Of a DNA stretch of 64,000 nt, positions 8,192 through 17,554 are shown in pieces. The notes under the pieces were generated by a model that worked only from the letters and a program-made list of their open reading frames with translations, searched no databases and had not been told where the DNA came from. Position numbers and translations under genes: made by a program. Positions within the stretch are counted from its first letter, which is position 1. Each line of letters starts with the position of its first letter. This stretch comes from Escherichia phage phiEC1: the sequence record KY608965.1. One strand, written 5' to 3'.

Positions 8192-9127
8192 TTATTCTGC
8201 AAATAATTCAGTAACGTCTGAAATTACTTCATAACGACAAGTACGCATCTTAGCATCACCATAGTCAACCGGGATGGATACAACATCACGTGGATGAACT
8301 TTAACTTTCACAACTTTATCTGAGCTTGAACCAAAGTGGCGAATATAAGATTTAGCACAAACGTGGAGACCGCGAGAACAGGTTTGAGTATCATCGTCGT
8401 TAACTCGAGTACGAGGCATTGAAACAACTTTACCTGGGGAGTTATCAAATGTACCACTATAGCAGTCTAAATAGTCCTTACGAACTACTTTCCACGCATA
8501 GAAATACCCATCTTCAGTGATTTCAATATCGTTTGCAACCAAGAAGTCGAATAAACGTTGTACAGCTTTTTCGCTTGGGTTTTCTAACAGGTTTTCAAGG
8601 AATGGCAGATAGAATTTAAAGTCTTCACCTTTTTCCATGGAATCAATAATACGGTTAACCAGTCCTGAACGAATCTCTATACCTTGATAAAATAAACTAC
8701 CACCTTCAATAGTAACATTACCATCAACAAACTTAGTAATAGCTTTCTTGATGTTAATAAGTTCGACAGCTTTACTAAGGTTTCCTGCGACCAGATTAGC
8801 TTTAATTTCTTCAAAATTTGCATGACTTGATGGGGTCGCATTGTATGCTACGCGTCCTTCAATAATTGAAATAAATTTAGATGACGCGTTCCATACGATT
8901 TCAGGACGATGTCCGCCGATAATAGGTTCATTATTTTCTTGGACCTGTTCTTCGTCTTCAAATTCAGCTGCTTTCTCTTCAGCTTTAAAGTTCTTAACAA
9001 TCTTACGAAGAGTGTCAGTGGAAATATTGAAGTAATCAGCAATTTCCCGACGGGTCCATTGGCCTGATTTAACCAGACCGTAAGCTTCTAACTGTTCTTC
9101 TTGAGACAAGCATTTAATATTGTACAT
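8192..9127 (-). CDS. rIIB: rIIB protein
   Basis: 311 aa immediately downstream of rIIA in the conserved rIIA-rIIB arrangement; ATG start. Confidence 0.85.
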   Translation of the reverse strand: MYNIKCLSQEEQLEAYGLVKSGQWTRREIADYFNISTDTLRKIVKNFKAEEKAAEFEDEEQVQENNEPIIGGHRPEIVWNASSKFISIIEGRVAYNATPSSHANFEEIKANLVAGNLSKAVELINIKKAITKFVDGNVTIEGGSLFYQGIEIRSGLVNRIIDSMEKGEDFKFYLPFLENLLENPSEKAVQRLFDFLVANDIEITEDGYFYAWKVVRKDYLDCYSGTFDNSPGKVVSMPRTRVNDDDTQTCSRGLHVCAKSYIRHFGSSSDKVVKVKVHPRDVVSIPVDYGDAKMRTCRYEVISDVTELFAE

Positions 9128-9136
9128 AATGTTTCC

Positions 9137-11350
9137 TTATTTGGCTGCTTCCACAGCCTTCATGAATTTAACGATTTGAGCGACTTGTTCTTTAGAAAGA
9201 GTACCACGTCGTCCCATGTAGTCTGACACAATATGATAATTGGTTTCGAATTCAATAACCATTTTATCATCATTATCGTAAGCATTATCTTTAAGCTTAT
9301 CGAAAATTTTAGCACACAATTCTAACTTCTTATTCAGGTCTGTATTAGTAGCACCTGCGAATCGATTCCATCCCCAACGATTATTTACTGTTGAGAGTTT
9401 TGCAAAGTCTTTACTGATTTCTTTGTTTTTAGAGCTAAAATACTTACTAAGGAAGTTAAGCTCTTCATTACGAGTAATATGATTCAAATAAGGCTGTGCT
9501 CTACGACTTGGTGATACATACTCATCATAATCCACTTTATCGATTAGCGTAATATAGTCATTAATTGATTTTTCGAACAAGCATTCTACTTCACCAAGTT
9601 TACGAACTTTCTTAGCAATCTGTGGACGAACTACAGTGAACTCTTTAATACCTGACAAATCAGCAATACGGGTCAAGAAATTGGAGTCATAGTTCAACCA
9701 ACCTTTATCTGCGTCAAGACATTCAGCATTAGAACGATTACGAACTATAGCATAACCTTGGATTTCATCTGCTTCACTTGCCGGAATAAAGAGATCTTCT
9801 GATACCCAAACGTCGTTTTCATTCTTAAAGAATCGATGAGCACTTGGCGATTTAGGACGAGGCTCATTAGTCCGTTTCCTGACTTCAATCCATGGCTTAA
9901 CGATTTGTAAAAGCTCTGAAGTCTTGTACATGTTAATGTTGTCGCCATCAAAGATAACTTTAAGGCGTTCCAGAAGTTTCATTGCATCTTCGTCTGTAGG
10001 GTCAACGAATAGTACACTTTTACCAAAACCGCGTGGAACTTTACCAGTTAATTTAACCTCGTCTTTAGACATTTCAATTGAATTAAGAGCTCGCATTAAT
10101 GGAACGCGTCCCTTAACGTCGTCAATAACGATTTCAACATTTTTAATGTTAATGCCAATCAGGCTGTTAATTGAAATGGTCGATGATGAGCTACCACTTT
10201 CACGAATACGACGAAGACGAGGGGATTCAACGATATCATATACGACGCCAAGATTACACCACTCAGGCCCCATTTTAAAACGTTTGTACAACTCAGAATA
10301 AGTTAGTTGTTCTTTAGAGTATTTCAGTGATTCAATATTAGACCCAGCCTTTTCCATGTATTTACGAGCGGTATAACCAAGAGAATCAATTTCACGGAAC
10401 ACATGACGTGGGTATTTACAATCAATCCATTTCTTAGAATCTTCAGCGAACAATTTAGCATCAATTTCTGCAACGCGTTTATGGATATTTGCTACCGTAC
10501 GTTTATCAAATGACAATGCTTCACGAGACGGAGCTACATCTAGTTCACCCATAGGGAATTTAATATAAGCTGTAGTGCATCGTGTCATCATCCATGTTTG
10601 TTCTTTAATAACACTTCCGATTGGATATACAATACCACCGTAAACAGCCATGATATTACCGCGTTCACCCCATGGAGCTTCCTTGGCCAAATATACATCG
10701 TCAAATTCAGGGAAGTATTTGATATCTTTAACACCACGAACTTCTGCAATATCGCCGAGAGGACGCATAACATAAGCAATTTCGGATGCAAACTTTTCAA
10801 AATCTTCCGGGTTAACCGGTACGACTACTTCTACACCAGTACGGTCATCAGGACCCATCTTATCTACAAAGGTCGGCTTAATTTGTGGACCTGTGTCATC
10901 TTGGTAGATTACGTAACCACGAACTTCACCATTGTGATAAGATGTAAGGTTAAACGTATCGGTATATGCTAGTGGAGCTTTAGAGCCGAGTCCAAATCCA
11001 CCAATGAAATCGTTACTCGATGTTTTAGTTGAAGCAAAATATGAGTTATAGATTCCTGGCTCTTCGTCATTACCTCGAATGGTGAAATCGCTCATACCAG
11101 GACCAAAGTCTCGAACTACAAAACGTGGGTCTAAACGACCTGGAGCCTGAACAATAAACTTATCAGTGCAACCATTAAGAATTTGTCCATCAATACAGTT
11201 TGTGATTAATTCACGTACACAAGCCAATTCTTTGTTTGTATAAAGGTCATTAGACAAAATCTTATAAACTTTGCTATTGCCTTGAATAGTGAATGCTGTG
11301 CTCTTACCACCAGAACCAATAATCGTTTCTTTAGCCGTTTCAATAATCAT
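9137..11350 (-). CDS. rIIA: rIIA protein (GHKL ATPase-like N-terminal domain)
   Basis: 737 aa; size and position match T4 rIIA; N-terminal ELITNCIDG...DFGPGM resembles a GHKL ATPase fold. Confidence 0.9.
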   Translation of the reverse strand: MIIETAKETIIGSGGKSTAFTIQGNSKVYKILSNDLYTNKELACVRELITNCIDGQILNGCTDKFIVQAPGRLDPRFVVRDFGPGMSDFTIRGNDEEPGIYNSYFASTKTSSNDFIGGFGLGSKAPLAYTDTFNLTSYHNGEVRGYVIYQDDTGPQIKPTFVDKMGPDDRTGVEVVVPVNPEDFEKFASEIAYVMRPLGDIAEVRGVKDIKYFPEFDDVYLAKEAPWGERGNIMAVYGGIVYPIGSVIKEQTWMMTRCTTAYIKFPMGELDVAPSREALSFDKRTVANIHKRVAEIDAKLFAEDSKKWIDCKYPRHVFREIDSLGYTARKYMEKAGSNIESLKYSKEQLTYSELYKRFKMGPEWCNLGVVYDIVESPRLRRIRESGSSSSTISINSLIGINIKNVEIVIDDVKGRVPLMRALNSIEMSKDEVKLTGKVPRGFGKSVLFVDPTDEDAMKLLERLKVIFDGDNINMYKTSELLQIVKPWIEVRKRTNEPRPKSPSAHRFFKNENDVWVSEDLFIPASEADEIQGYAIVRNRSNAECLDADKGWLNYDSNFLTRIADLSGIKEFTVVRPQIAKKVRKLGEVECLFEKSINDYITLIDKVDYDEYVSPSRRAQPYLNHITRNEELNFLSKYFSSKNKEISKDFAKLSTVNNRWGWNRFAGATNTDLNKKLELCAKIFDKLKDNAYDNDDKMVIEFETNYHIVSDYMGRRGTLSKEQVAQIVKFMKAVEAAK

Positions 11351-11362
11351 ATTTTTCTCTCA

Positions 11363-11563
11363 TCACAAGTTACGTTTAAAAATTTCTGCTACTTCAAGAA
11401 GTTCTTCTTTAGTAGCTGTATCGGTTTGTATTTTATATCGAATTTCTTTAAAGCGTTCTTTAAAGGACTCTGCTGATTCGATATCAAAAAATCTTTGGAT
11501 AAGCCGGAATTCCCGGAGCACTGCTTTATCAAAAAGTTCCAAGTCCACGTTATATGTTCTCAT
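11363..11563 (-). CDS. hypothetical protein (66 aa; rIIA.1 position)
   Basis: ATG start; immediately upstream of rIIA. Confidence 0.5.
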   Translation of the reverse strand: MRTYNVDLELFDKAVLREFRLIQRFFDIESAESFKERFKEIRYKIQTDTATKEELLEVAEIFKRNL

Positions 11564-11586
11564 AATATTCTCTTCAGTAGATTCCT

Positions 11587-11641
11587 AGGGCACTATTACT
11601 AAAGACCATATAATCTATCATCTTATGTGTAATAGTGCCTC
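11587..11641. other. long inverted repeat (11-bp perfect arms GGCACTATTAC/GTAATAGTGCC, 29-nt loop)
   Basis: Arms at 11589-11599 and 11629-11639; loop carries a TATAAT-like hexamer; sits between the glycosyltransferase gene and the rIIA.1-like gene. Confidence 0.5.
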
Positions 11642-11655
11642 AGGCTATTCAGGAT

Positions 11656-12756
11656 TTACGCTGTGAAGATTTTATCCCACATCGCAACAACTGCATCTCG
11701 GTTATACTTCTTCCATACTGCTTCAGCACGTTTAACTCGAGCTTCGTATGTGTCAGTGAATTCTAATACAGCTTTTGTGTAAAGCGCAACTACTTCTTTC
11801 TTAGGAGTAGAGGAATCAATTTCTACACGCACAGTATCTGGGTCATATTCGAATGTCGCGTGCGGATAATCCTTAAAAACTAACTGAATCACAGGGACAC
11901 CTTTAGAGATGGCTTCAATAGAACTATTCTCTACCGTACCCGTGTCAGGACACGTATTGATAAGTGCTTTAGCTGTTTTAAGACGTTCCATGATTTCACT
12001 GTGTGGAGCATCAATAATAACAGGATATTTAGCTGGTGGTGCCCATTTACTAGGACAGTATCCTGCGCCATTTTCGCCTAGTGCTTTAATCGCTTCAAGA
12101 GCAACATCAGTACGACGCATTTTAGTGTCATAACGTTGTGCACTAATAATCAGATCAGTCGCCGGAAGAACTTCAGGTTTCTCATTCAAACAAATAACCG
12201 GATAATCTTCGGCTTCAAACAACGGATTTGCTCGCCAATAATCATAATCAATTTTGTCAGTCAGACCTGAAGTCATATAACAATATTTACGTTCAAATTC
12301 ACGGAAGGCTTTAGTAGGAGCATAGCTCTTACCACCATTCTTATGAATTTGAATAGTCTGGTCCCAAATTTGAACAATGCCACGAGATACCGGTTCAAAT
12401 GGTGTTGCCATAAAATTCTTATGAACTTTAGAGAGACCTGCGTCTTTAATTGCCTGAACGGTTAGTTTAGTCGGTTCCATAGTAACAACAAAATCGTATT
12501 CATGGATGCCGGCTAGTTCAACAATCTTACGAGCCATAGTATAACTCATACCTAGACTGAATTTAGTCAGATGACCAACAGGATGATGATTAACCTTCCA
12601 ATCACCAAATGTGTCATTATCAAAACCGATATAATCAATATCAGCACCGATGGACACAAGATATTTCAACACATTTAAATGTACTGCTTCAAGACCACCT
12701 TGTACACGTTCTGGGTTAAATGGGACCGCACGAGATGGGATAAACATAACTTTCAT
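11656..12756 (-). CDS. GT-B fold glycosyltransferase (GT4-like); candidate DNA hydroxymethylcytosine glycosyl(arabinosyl)transferase
   Basis: 366 aa; N-terminal MKVMFIPS...GGLEAVHLNVLKYL and C-terminal E.SSIEAISKGVPVIQ resemble the GT4 donor-binding region; located between rIIA and gene 39 where T4 has 60/mobA. Confidence 0.6.
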   Translation of the reverse strand: MKVMFIPSRAVPFNPERVQGGLEAVHLNVLKYLVSIGADIDYIGFDNDTFGDWKVNHHPVGHLTKFSLGMSYTMARKIVELAGIHEYDFVVTMEPTKLTVQAIKDAGLSKVHKNFMATPFEPVSRGIVQIWDQTIQIHKNGGKSYAPTKAFREFERKYCYMTSGLTDKIDYDYWRANPLFEAEDYPVICLNEKPEVLPATDLIISAQRYDTKMRRTDVALEAIKALGENGAGYCPSKWAPPAKYPVIIDAPHSEIMERLKTAKALINTCPDTGTVENSSIEAISKGVPVIQLVFKDYPHATFEYDPDTVRVEIDSSTPKKEVVALYTKAVLEFTDTYEARVKRAEAVWKKYNRDAVVAMWDKIFTA

Positions 12757-12761
12757 AATTA

Positions 12762-12800
12762 AGCCTTATTAAAATTAAAATGAAGCTCCTGAAGGAGCTT
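12762..12800 (-). terminator. intrinsic terminator downstream of gene 39
   Basis: AAGCUCCU-UC-AGGAGCUU hairpin (12783-12800) followed on the minus strand by CAUUUUAAUUUUAAU. Confidence 0.5.
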
Positions 12801-12814
12801 AGGACATCTATCAA

Positions 12815-14635
12815 TTAACCAAGCATCCAGTCTTTACGGAGTTCAGGGTCGTTACCCATGAGCATTTCAAATAGTTCTTTCCAATTTTCAGGAAGTTTAA
12901 CTACGTCGTACACAGGGTTTTGAATCATTTCTTTATATTCATCCCGCTGAAGTGAGCCCAATCCCTTGATGTATCGAATACTATGCTTAGGCAGCGTATC
13001 TTTAGCTTCTTCATACTCAGCTACAGTATAAAACCATTTTTGAGTTTTGCCAATTTGTGCAATAATTACAGGTGTTTTAACAAAGCGAATACGTCCTTGT
13101 TCAAACAATTCAGGCCAATTACTAAAGAAAGCAAGCAAAGCAGGATAAATACTTCCAAGGCCGTCATGATCGGCATCGGTCATAATTGCAATATTACGAT
13201 AGTTCGTATTCTCTGCCTTTTCACCAAGAATAAGACCTGTGATAGCACAGATATCAAAGAGCTCTTTGTTCTTCATCATATCAGCATATGACATACCCCA
13301 GCTATTCATCACCTTACCACGTAATGGGAATCCACCGTGTAGTTCACGGTCACGAACATCAATGAGATAACCAATTGCCGAATCACCTTCTGTTAAAAAC
13401 AATGTCGTATCTGCATCTTTACCACATTGGTTAGCTTTAATATGCTTATGAACCTTAGCTTTAGTTGCCTTTTTAGCTGCTTTAGTTTCTGCAGCCTTTT
13501 CTGCTGCCAATTTACGAGCTAATGCTGCTTCAACAATAGGCATAATCAAGGCTTCGTTTTTAAGAAGCGCCTGAGCAATTTTCTTAGCATCTAATTGGAT
13601 ATGATTACGAATATCACCATACGTTGACGTTAAACGTTCTTTAGTCTGAGAATCAAAACGCATGTTGCTCATGTCTCTAATAAACATCAACATTGTGAGA
13701 CATTCTTTAACACGAGCTTTAGTGACTTCAATACCCTTATATTTCTTTTTAATACCGGGCAAAAGATGTTCGCAGATATCATCCATTACACATTCAACAT
13801 GATGACCACCATTTTTAGTATGGATGTTATTCACATAAGTTAAATGACGGAAGCCATCTGGTGATGTTGTGAATGCTATAGAGACTTTATCATTTTCTTG
13901 AATGATGTTATCTTCGCCAAATTGTTTAGCAAATCGTTTAAAATTACCATCAACCTTTTTACCATTAAATGTGAACTTGATATCAGGATAAACGACTGCC
14001 AATGTTTGAAGCCGGTCTAAAGTAATATCTAAATAAATTTGAGATAAATTATGTTCTTCAAATGAAGAGAAATCAGGAGTGAAGATTACTTTAGTGCCTT
14101 TACCTTTAGATTTCTTAGAAGACCATGATTTGTTTTCCATTCCGTTTGAACAGTTAACAGTGATTTCATTTTCGCCATCTGACGTGATGCCTGTAAACAA
14201 CGTAGAGAAGATATTAGTTAAACTACTCCCGACGCCGTTCATACCACCAGTCTTGCGTTCAGAATCATCGCCAAAGTTACCACCAGCCTTTGGAATAGTC
14301 CAGGCTGCTACAGGCCCAGGAATTTGTTCACCTGTTTGGTCGGTAACTAAACCTTGAGGAATACCACGTCCGTTATCTTCCACCGAAACTTGATTATTTT
14401 TAATTTGCACATCAATTTTATTTGCAAACTTAAATGATGTACGAATAGCTTCATCAACCGAGTTGTCAATAATCTCATCGATTAATTTAACCAGACCAGG
14501 AACATATTCAACTTGTTGATATTTACCAAACAAAAAACGCTCATGTGCTTCTTTAGCCGAAGAACCAATATACATACCACTGCGTTTCTTAATATGTTCT
14601 ACATCTGACAATACCTTAATTTCATTTTTAATCAT
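12815..14635 (-). CDS. 39: DNA topoisomerase II large subunit (GyrB-like), fused gene 39 (no separate gene 60)
   Basis: 606 aa continuous ORF; MIKNEIKVLSDVEHIKKRSGMYIGSS... with GHKL ATPase and Toprim signatures; T4 splits this into 39 plus 60. Confidence 0.95.
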   Translation of the reverse strand: MIKNEIKVLSDVEHIKKRSGMYIGSSAKEAHERFLFGKYQQVEYVPGLVKLIDEIIDNSVDEAIRTSFKFANKIDVQIKNNQVSVEDNGRGIPQGLVTDQTGEQIPGPVAAWTIPKAGGNFGDDSERKTGGMNGVGSSLTNIFSTLFTGITSDGENEITVNCSNGMENKSWSSKKSKGKGTKVIFTPDFSSFEEHNLSQIYLDITLDRLQTLAVVYPDIKFTFNGKKVDGNFKRFAKQFGEDNIIQENDKVSIAFTTSPDGFRHLTYVNNIHTKNGGHHVECVMDDICEHLLPGIKKKYKGIEVTKARVKECLTMLMFIRDMSNMRFDSQTKERLTSTYGDIRNHIQLDAKKIAQALLKNEALIMPIVEAALARKLAAEKAAETKAAKKATKAKVHKHIKANQCGKDADTTLFLTEGDSAIGYLIDVRDRELHGGFPLRGKVMNSWGMSYADMMKNKELFDICAITGLILGEKAENTNYRNIAIMTDADHDGLGSIYPALLAFFSNWPELFEQGRIRFVKTPVIIAQIGKTQKWFYTVAEYEEAKDTLPKHSIRYIKGLGSLQRDEYKEMIQNPVYDVVKLPENWKELFEMLMGNDPELRKDWMLG

Positions 14636-14680
14636 GTTGTCTCCTCGTTATGAAGGTATTCTATCATCCGAAATCTAAAG

Positions 14681-14698
14681 CAAAAAGGGCCGAAGCCC
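14681..14698 (-). terminator. intrinsic terminator (GGGC-UUCG-GCCC) downstream of the 14699-15142 gene
   Basis: Short GC hairpin with UUCG loop directly after the stop codon, followed by a U-rich tract. Confidence 0.5.
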
Positions 14699-15142
14699 TT
14701 ATTTAAATTTAATTTTCTGAAGTGCATCAATTGCAGCTAAACGCCCTTGTTCACTTTTAACTGTAATGACCACATCGCCTGATACGATCACCGAACCATC
14801 AACAAATTCTATAGAGCCTTTTTTGAAATCAACAGCTGTATCTGGTTCCGGAACTTCTTCAAAGAATTTAAATTCTGCACCATAAATCAGAATATCACCT
14901 TGCATACTAATGATTGTACGTCCAGGTCCATCGGTTTCGGCGGCAATCATTGAAACACCGTAACCAATCATCTCTTCTACAATAAAATCTCTTGATAATA
15001 AAACTGTATGCAGAGTAGTGTTAAGACGTTTACCAGTTGTATTAAGAATTCTCAAGAAATTATCTTCCTGACCTTTGATAATACGGTATTTCTTACCAAC
15101 TTCAAAACCTTTAAAACCTTTAAAAGCCGTATTAAAAGCCAT
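14699..15142 (-). CDS. hypothetical protein (147 aa)
   Basis: ATG start; 39.1/39.2 position. Confidence 0.55.
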   Translation of the reverse strand: MAFNTAFKGFKGFEVGKKYRIIKGQEDNFLRILNTTGKRLNTTLHTVLLSRDFIVEEMIGYGVSMIAAETDGPGRTIISMQGDILIYGAEFKFFEEVPEPDTAVDFKKGSIEFVDGSVIVSGDVVITVKSEQGRLAAIDALQKIKFK

Positions 15143-15144
15143 AA

Positions 15145-15324
15145 TTAACCCTTCTTAAGTAAGTCGTAAAAACCACCATTCACATGTTTAGGAGCAGAAA
15201 CCCGACGAGTAGACAGACGATGACATTCAGGGCAAACATCGTTTTCTCGTTCAGAAATCCTTTTAATTTTTTCATATTCATGACCACAATCTTCAGATTG
15301 GCATTTATAGTCGTATAATGGCAT
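15145..15324 (-). CDS. zinc-ribbon protein (59 aa, two CxxC pairs)
   Basis: [15 protein letters not shown]...CPECHRL; ATG overlaps upstream stop as TAATG; below track cutoff. Confidence 0.5.
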   Translation of the reverse strand: MPLYDYKCQSEDCGHEYEKIKRISERENDVCPECHRLSTRRVSAPKHVNGGFYDLLKKG

Positions 15325-15737
15325 TATTGTTCCTTAAAGTGAGCTTTCAACATTTGATACAAAGACCATGCCTGGTCGTTATTTTTGATAGTAATCGTCA
15401 TCGCAGGAAATTCAGACAATTCGTCAAGTTCGCCAGAATCTTGCTCTTCAGACTCTTGATATGGATTTCCAACTTCGTCAAAGAACTCTGCTTCATTCGT
15501 GGAGAGCCAGATAAAGTTTTCATCAAGGATATCACCGCCTGTTGCGTATCCAACCATGCCAGTAGATGTCACAATTTTAGTAGGACGTCCAAGATGGTCA
15601 ACATCTAATACTTTAAATGGTTCCATGCCAAGACGTCGTGCATAAATCCCATTATCAGTGTGGTCTTTAATAAACTCTTCTTGGGCACGTTTATCTTTAA
15701 ATTGGTACCATGAGTTAACGCGGAATTTATTAGCCAT
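15324..15737 (-). CDS. hypothetical protein (137 aa)
   Basis: Track start is TTG; first ATG (MANKFRV...) at 15737 has AAGGAA SD and TAATG coupling. Confidence 0.55.
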   Translation of the reverse strand: MANKFRVNSWYQFKDKRAQEEFIKDHTDNGIYARRLGMEPFKVLDVDHLGRPTKIVTSTGMVGYATGGDILDENFIWLSTNEAEFFDEVGNPYQESEEQDSGELDELSEFPAMTITIKNNDQAWSLYQMLKAHFKEQ

Positions 15738-15964
15738 TAGTAAGTTTCCTTCCAATAAGTTGTACCATTTTCAGTGATTTCACGGAAGATACCATAGATA
15801 GGCATTTCATCACCGAGTTTTTCGTAAACGTAAACCACTTCGGTGTAGCATAAAAATTCGGTCCAGCTTTTCTGTACAACAACTAAATCAGGATTAAACA
15901 GAACATCTTCAAACTCATCGATGTTTGAATCAGTAGTTACGTTTTTAATGATTTGACGTTTCAT
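15737..15964 (-). CDS. hypothetical protein (75 aa)
   Basis: Start set to ATG at 15964 (MKRQII...) with AGAGGAG SD; the longer track ORF would run through the promoter hairpin. Confidence 0.5.
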   Translation of the reverse strand: MKRQIIKNVTTDSNIDEFEDVLFNPDLVVVQKSWTEFLCYTEVVYVYEKLGDEMPIYGIFREITENGTTYWKETY

Positions 15965-15992
15965 AATATTCTCCTCTTGTTTTGATAGGTCT

Positions 15993-16022
15993 ATAGTATC
16001 ATAGACCATAGTTGTTGTACAT
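15993..16022 (-). promoter_or_regulatory. early-type promoter (-10 TACTAT in loop of GGTCTAT/ATAGACC hairpin)
   Basis: Inverted repeat 15988-16007; -35-like ATGTAC. Confidence 0.4.
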
Positions 16023-16546
16023 CATTTTAGCAAAATAAAATCAACTTGTTCTGCCAATGAACGTCTAAACATTAATTGACAACTTCCGAGGATGAAATCA
16101 GGTGCTTCATAGACCGCGATGTAGTATCCTTTAGCTTTCAAGAGTTCAACATCCACCTGGTCATCAAACCATGCATAAACCGCGTCAACGCTTTCAAATC
16201 CAAAATAGAACCCTTGAGCCCAATCTTTGTTCAATTCAAATGTGTGCTCAATTCTATGGTATCTTAAGATATTTTGTTCAAGGAGTTTGTCTTCATTTAC
16301 TGTAGGACGATTAGGGACATTATAGTTGTCGCCGTGATGGTAGAAGTTACCTGAGATTATTCCATGTTTATCAAGGAACTCCCATGTTTCTTCAGAGTTG
16401 TCAGTGCCAGACCAACCGTAAGGTGAGCGAGGTTCTTTATTCCAAGAGGTTTCCCAAATTCTGACGGCTTTACCGTCTTCGATAACAATTCCTGGTAATG
16501 ATTCACGTTGAGTACAAAAACTACGTTCTACGCGATAAACTAACAT
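16022..16546 (-). CDS. hypothetical protein (174 aa)
   Basis: ATG start with AGAGGAG SD. Confidence 0.55.
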   Translation of the reverse strand: MLVYRVERSFCTQRESLPGIVIEDGKAVRIWETSWNKEPRSPYGWSGTDNSEETWEFLDKHGIISGNFYHHGDNYNVPNRPTVNEDKLLEQNILRYHRIEHTFELNKDWAQGFYFGFESVDAVYAWFDDQVDVELLKAKGYYIAVYEAPDFILGSCQLMFRRSLAEQVDFILLK

Positions 16547-16572
16547 ATTATTCTCCTCTGGTTGATATGGTT

Positions 16573-16601
16573 ATAATATCAAAACCAGAGGAGAAGTAAA
16601 C
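16573..16601 (-). promoter_or_regulatory. early promoter (GTTTAC N17 TATTAT) with -10 in loop of SD-sequestering inverted repeat
   Basis: Arms CTCCTCTGGTT/AACCAGAGGAG (16556-16592); the 3' arm contains the GAGGAG SD of the 16022-16546 gene. Confidence 0.55.
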
Positions 16602-16605
16602 AACT

Positions 16606-17025
16606 TTATGCGAAAGCAGCTGGGCTATATTTTTTAATTTGGAATTCAGGAACTACCATGAACTGCCCGGCAAAAACAATGTTATAAAGCTTGACACCAT
16701 CTTCTACCCAACGGTCGCTAATAAATCCAGCGATTTGCTTAGTTTTCCATGGCGTTCCATCAGTTGCCGCAGCAATAGTGAATTCATGGTCTTTTTCAAC
16801 AGAAACTGATCTGCATAGTCCCCATTTGAACGCTTTTTCTTCTGGCTCAATGAACTGGCTTTTAACGTAACCAATGTTGCCATCAGCATCACGAACTTTA
16901 ACTTCATTACGACCAAAAACCGGATCACTCACAGAAAGAACTTCAACCAACTTCCCGGCAACTTTAGAGCGAGAAGCAACAGATACATATACGTAATCAC
17001 CTGTAGAGAGATTTACAATATTCAT
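16606..17025 (-). CDS. hypothetical protein, member 1 of a tandem paralogue triplet (139 aa)
   Basis: Shares N-terminal ASRSK.AG.LVEV and C-terminal GFISD.WVEDG.KLYNIVF.G.F.VV motifs with 17035-17490. Confidence 0.55.
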   Translation of the reverse strand: MNIVNLSTGDYVYVSVASRSKVAGKLVEVLSVSDPVFGRNEVKVRDADGNIGYVKSQFIEPEEKAFKWGLCRSVSVEKDHEFTIAAATDGTPWKTKQIAGFISDRWVEDGVKLYNIVFAGQFMVVPEFQIKKYSPAAFA

Positions 17026-17034
17026 AATAATTCC

Positions 17035-17490
17035 TTAAGCTTTACGAGGAGACACATAGCGAGTGATTTCAGATTCTTTAACAACTCGGAAGTCACCTAA
17101 GAATACGATATTGTATAACTTTTCACCATCTTCAACCCATTGGTCACTGATGAAGCCGCACATAATATCAGTTTTGTTTGGATAACCATATTCGTCGATG
17201 AAATCAAATTCTTTATCAGTCCGGAATTCAACGCCTTTGCAAAGGGCCCATTTGAACTGTACATTAGGTTCAGTAGAAGCAAAATGAGCGCTCACATGAG
17301 TTTCCAAGAATTTAGGACTTACGTAAGCGTACTGAGTTTCAGTTTTTCCAGAACTAGGAATGATTCGAACTTTAACTTCTTTAACACGTCCGGTACCATT
17401 AGTACGAAGTCCTACCACTTCAACTAGACGACCTGCAGCTTTAGAACGAGATGCAGACGATACACGCTTAATTTCACCAATAGTAATCAT
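17035..17490 (-). CDS. hypothetical protein, member 2 of the paralogue triplet (151 aa)
   Basis: Conserved C-terminal GFISDQWVEDGEKLYNIVFLGDF motif; ATG start. Confidence 0.55.
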   Translation of the reverse strand: MITIGEIKRVSSASRSKAAGRLVEVVGLRTNGTGRVKEVKVRIIPSSGKTETQYAYVSPKFLETHVSAHFASTEPNVQFKWALCKGVEFRTDKEFDFIDEYGYPNKTDIMCGFISDQWVEDGEKLYNIVFLGDFRVVKESEITRYVSPRKA

Positions 17491-17522
17491 AATTTCTCTC
17501 TCTCTTTGTTTAAATTGAATTC

Positions 17523-17551
17523 ATTATACTCCATCCATCCTTGGATGTACA
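17523..17551 (-). promoter_or_regulatory. early promoter (TGTACA N17 TATAAT), repeat family 2
   Basis: Within the ttatactccatccatccttggatgtaca module. Confidence 0.5.
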
Positions 17552-17554
17552 ACA

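Noticed and set aside
9745-10972. Track ORFs inside rIIA on either strand (9745-9951, 9924-10301, 10588-10800, 10598-10972), and similar embedded ORFs within genes 52, 39, dda, 43, 46, nrdD and others
   Set aside because: They lie wholly within long, well-supported minus-strand genes with clear homologues and have no SD or coupling signals; treated as frame shadows.
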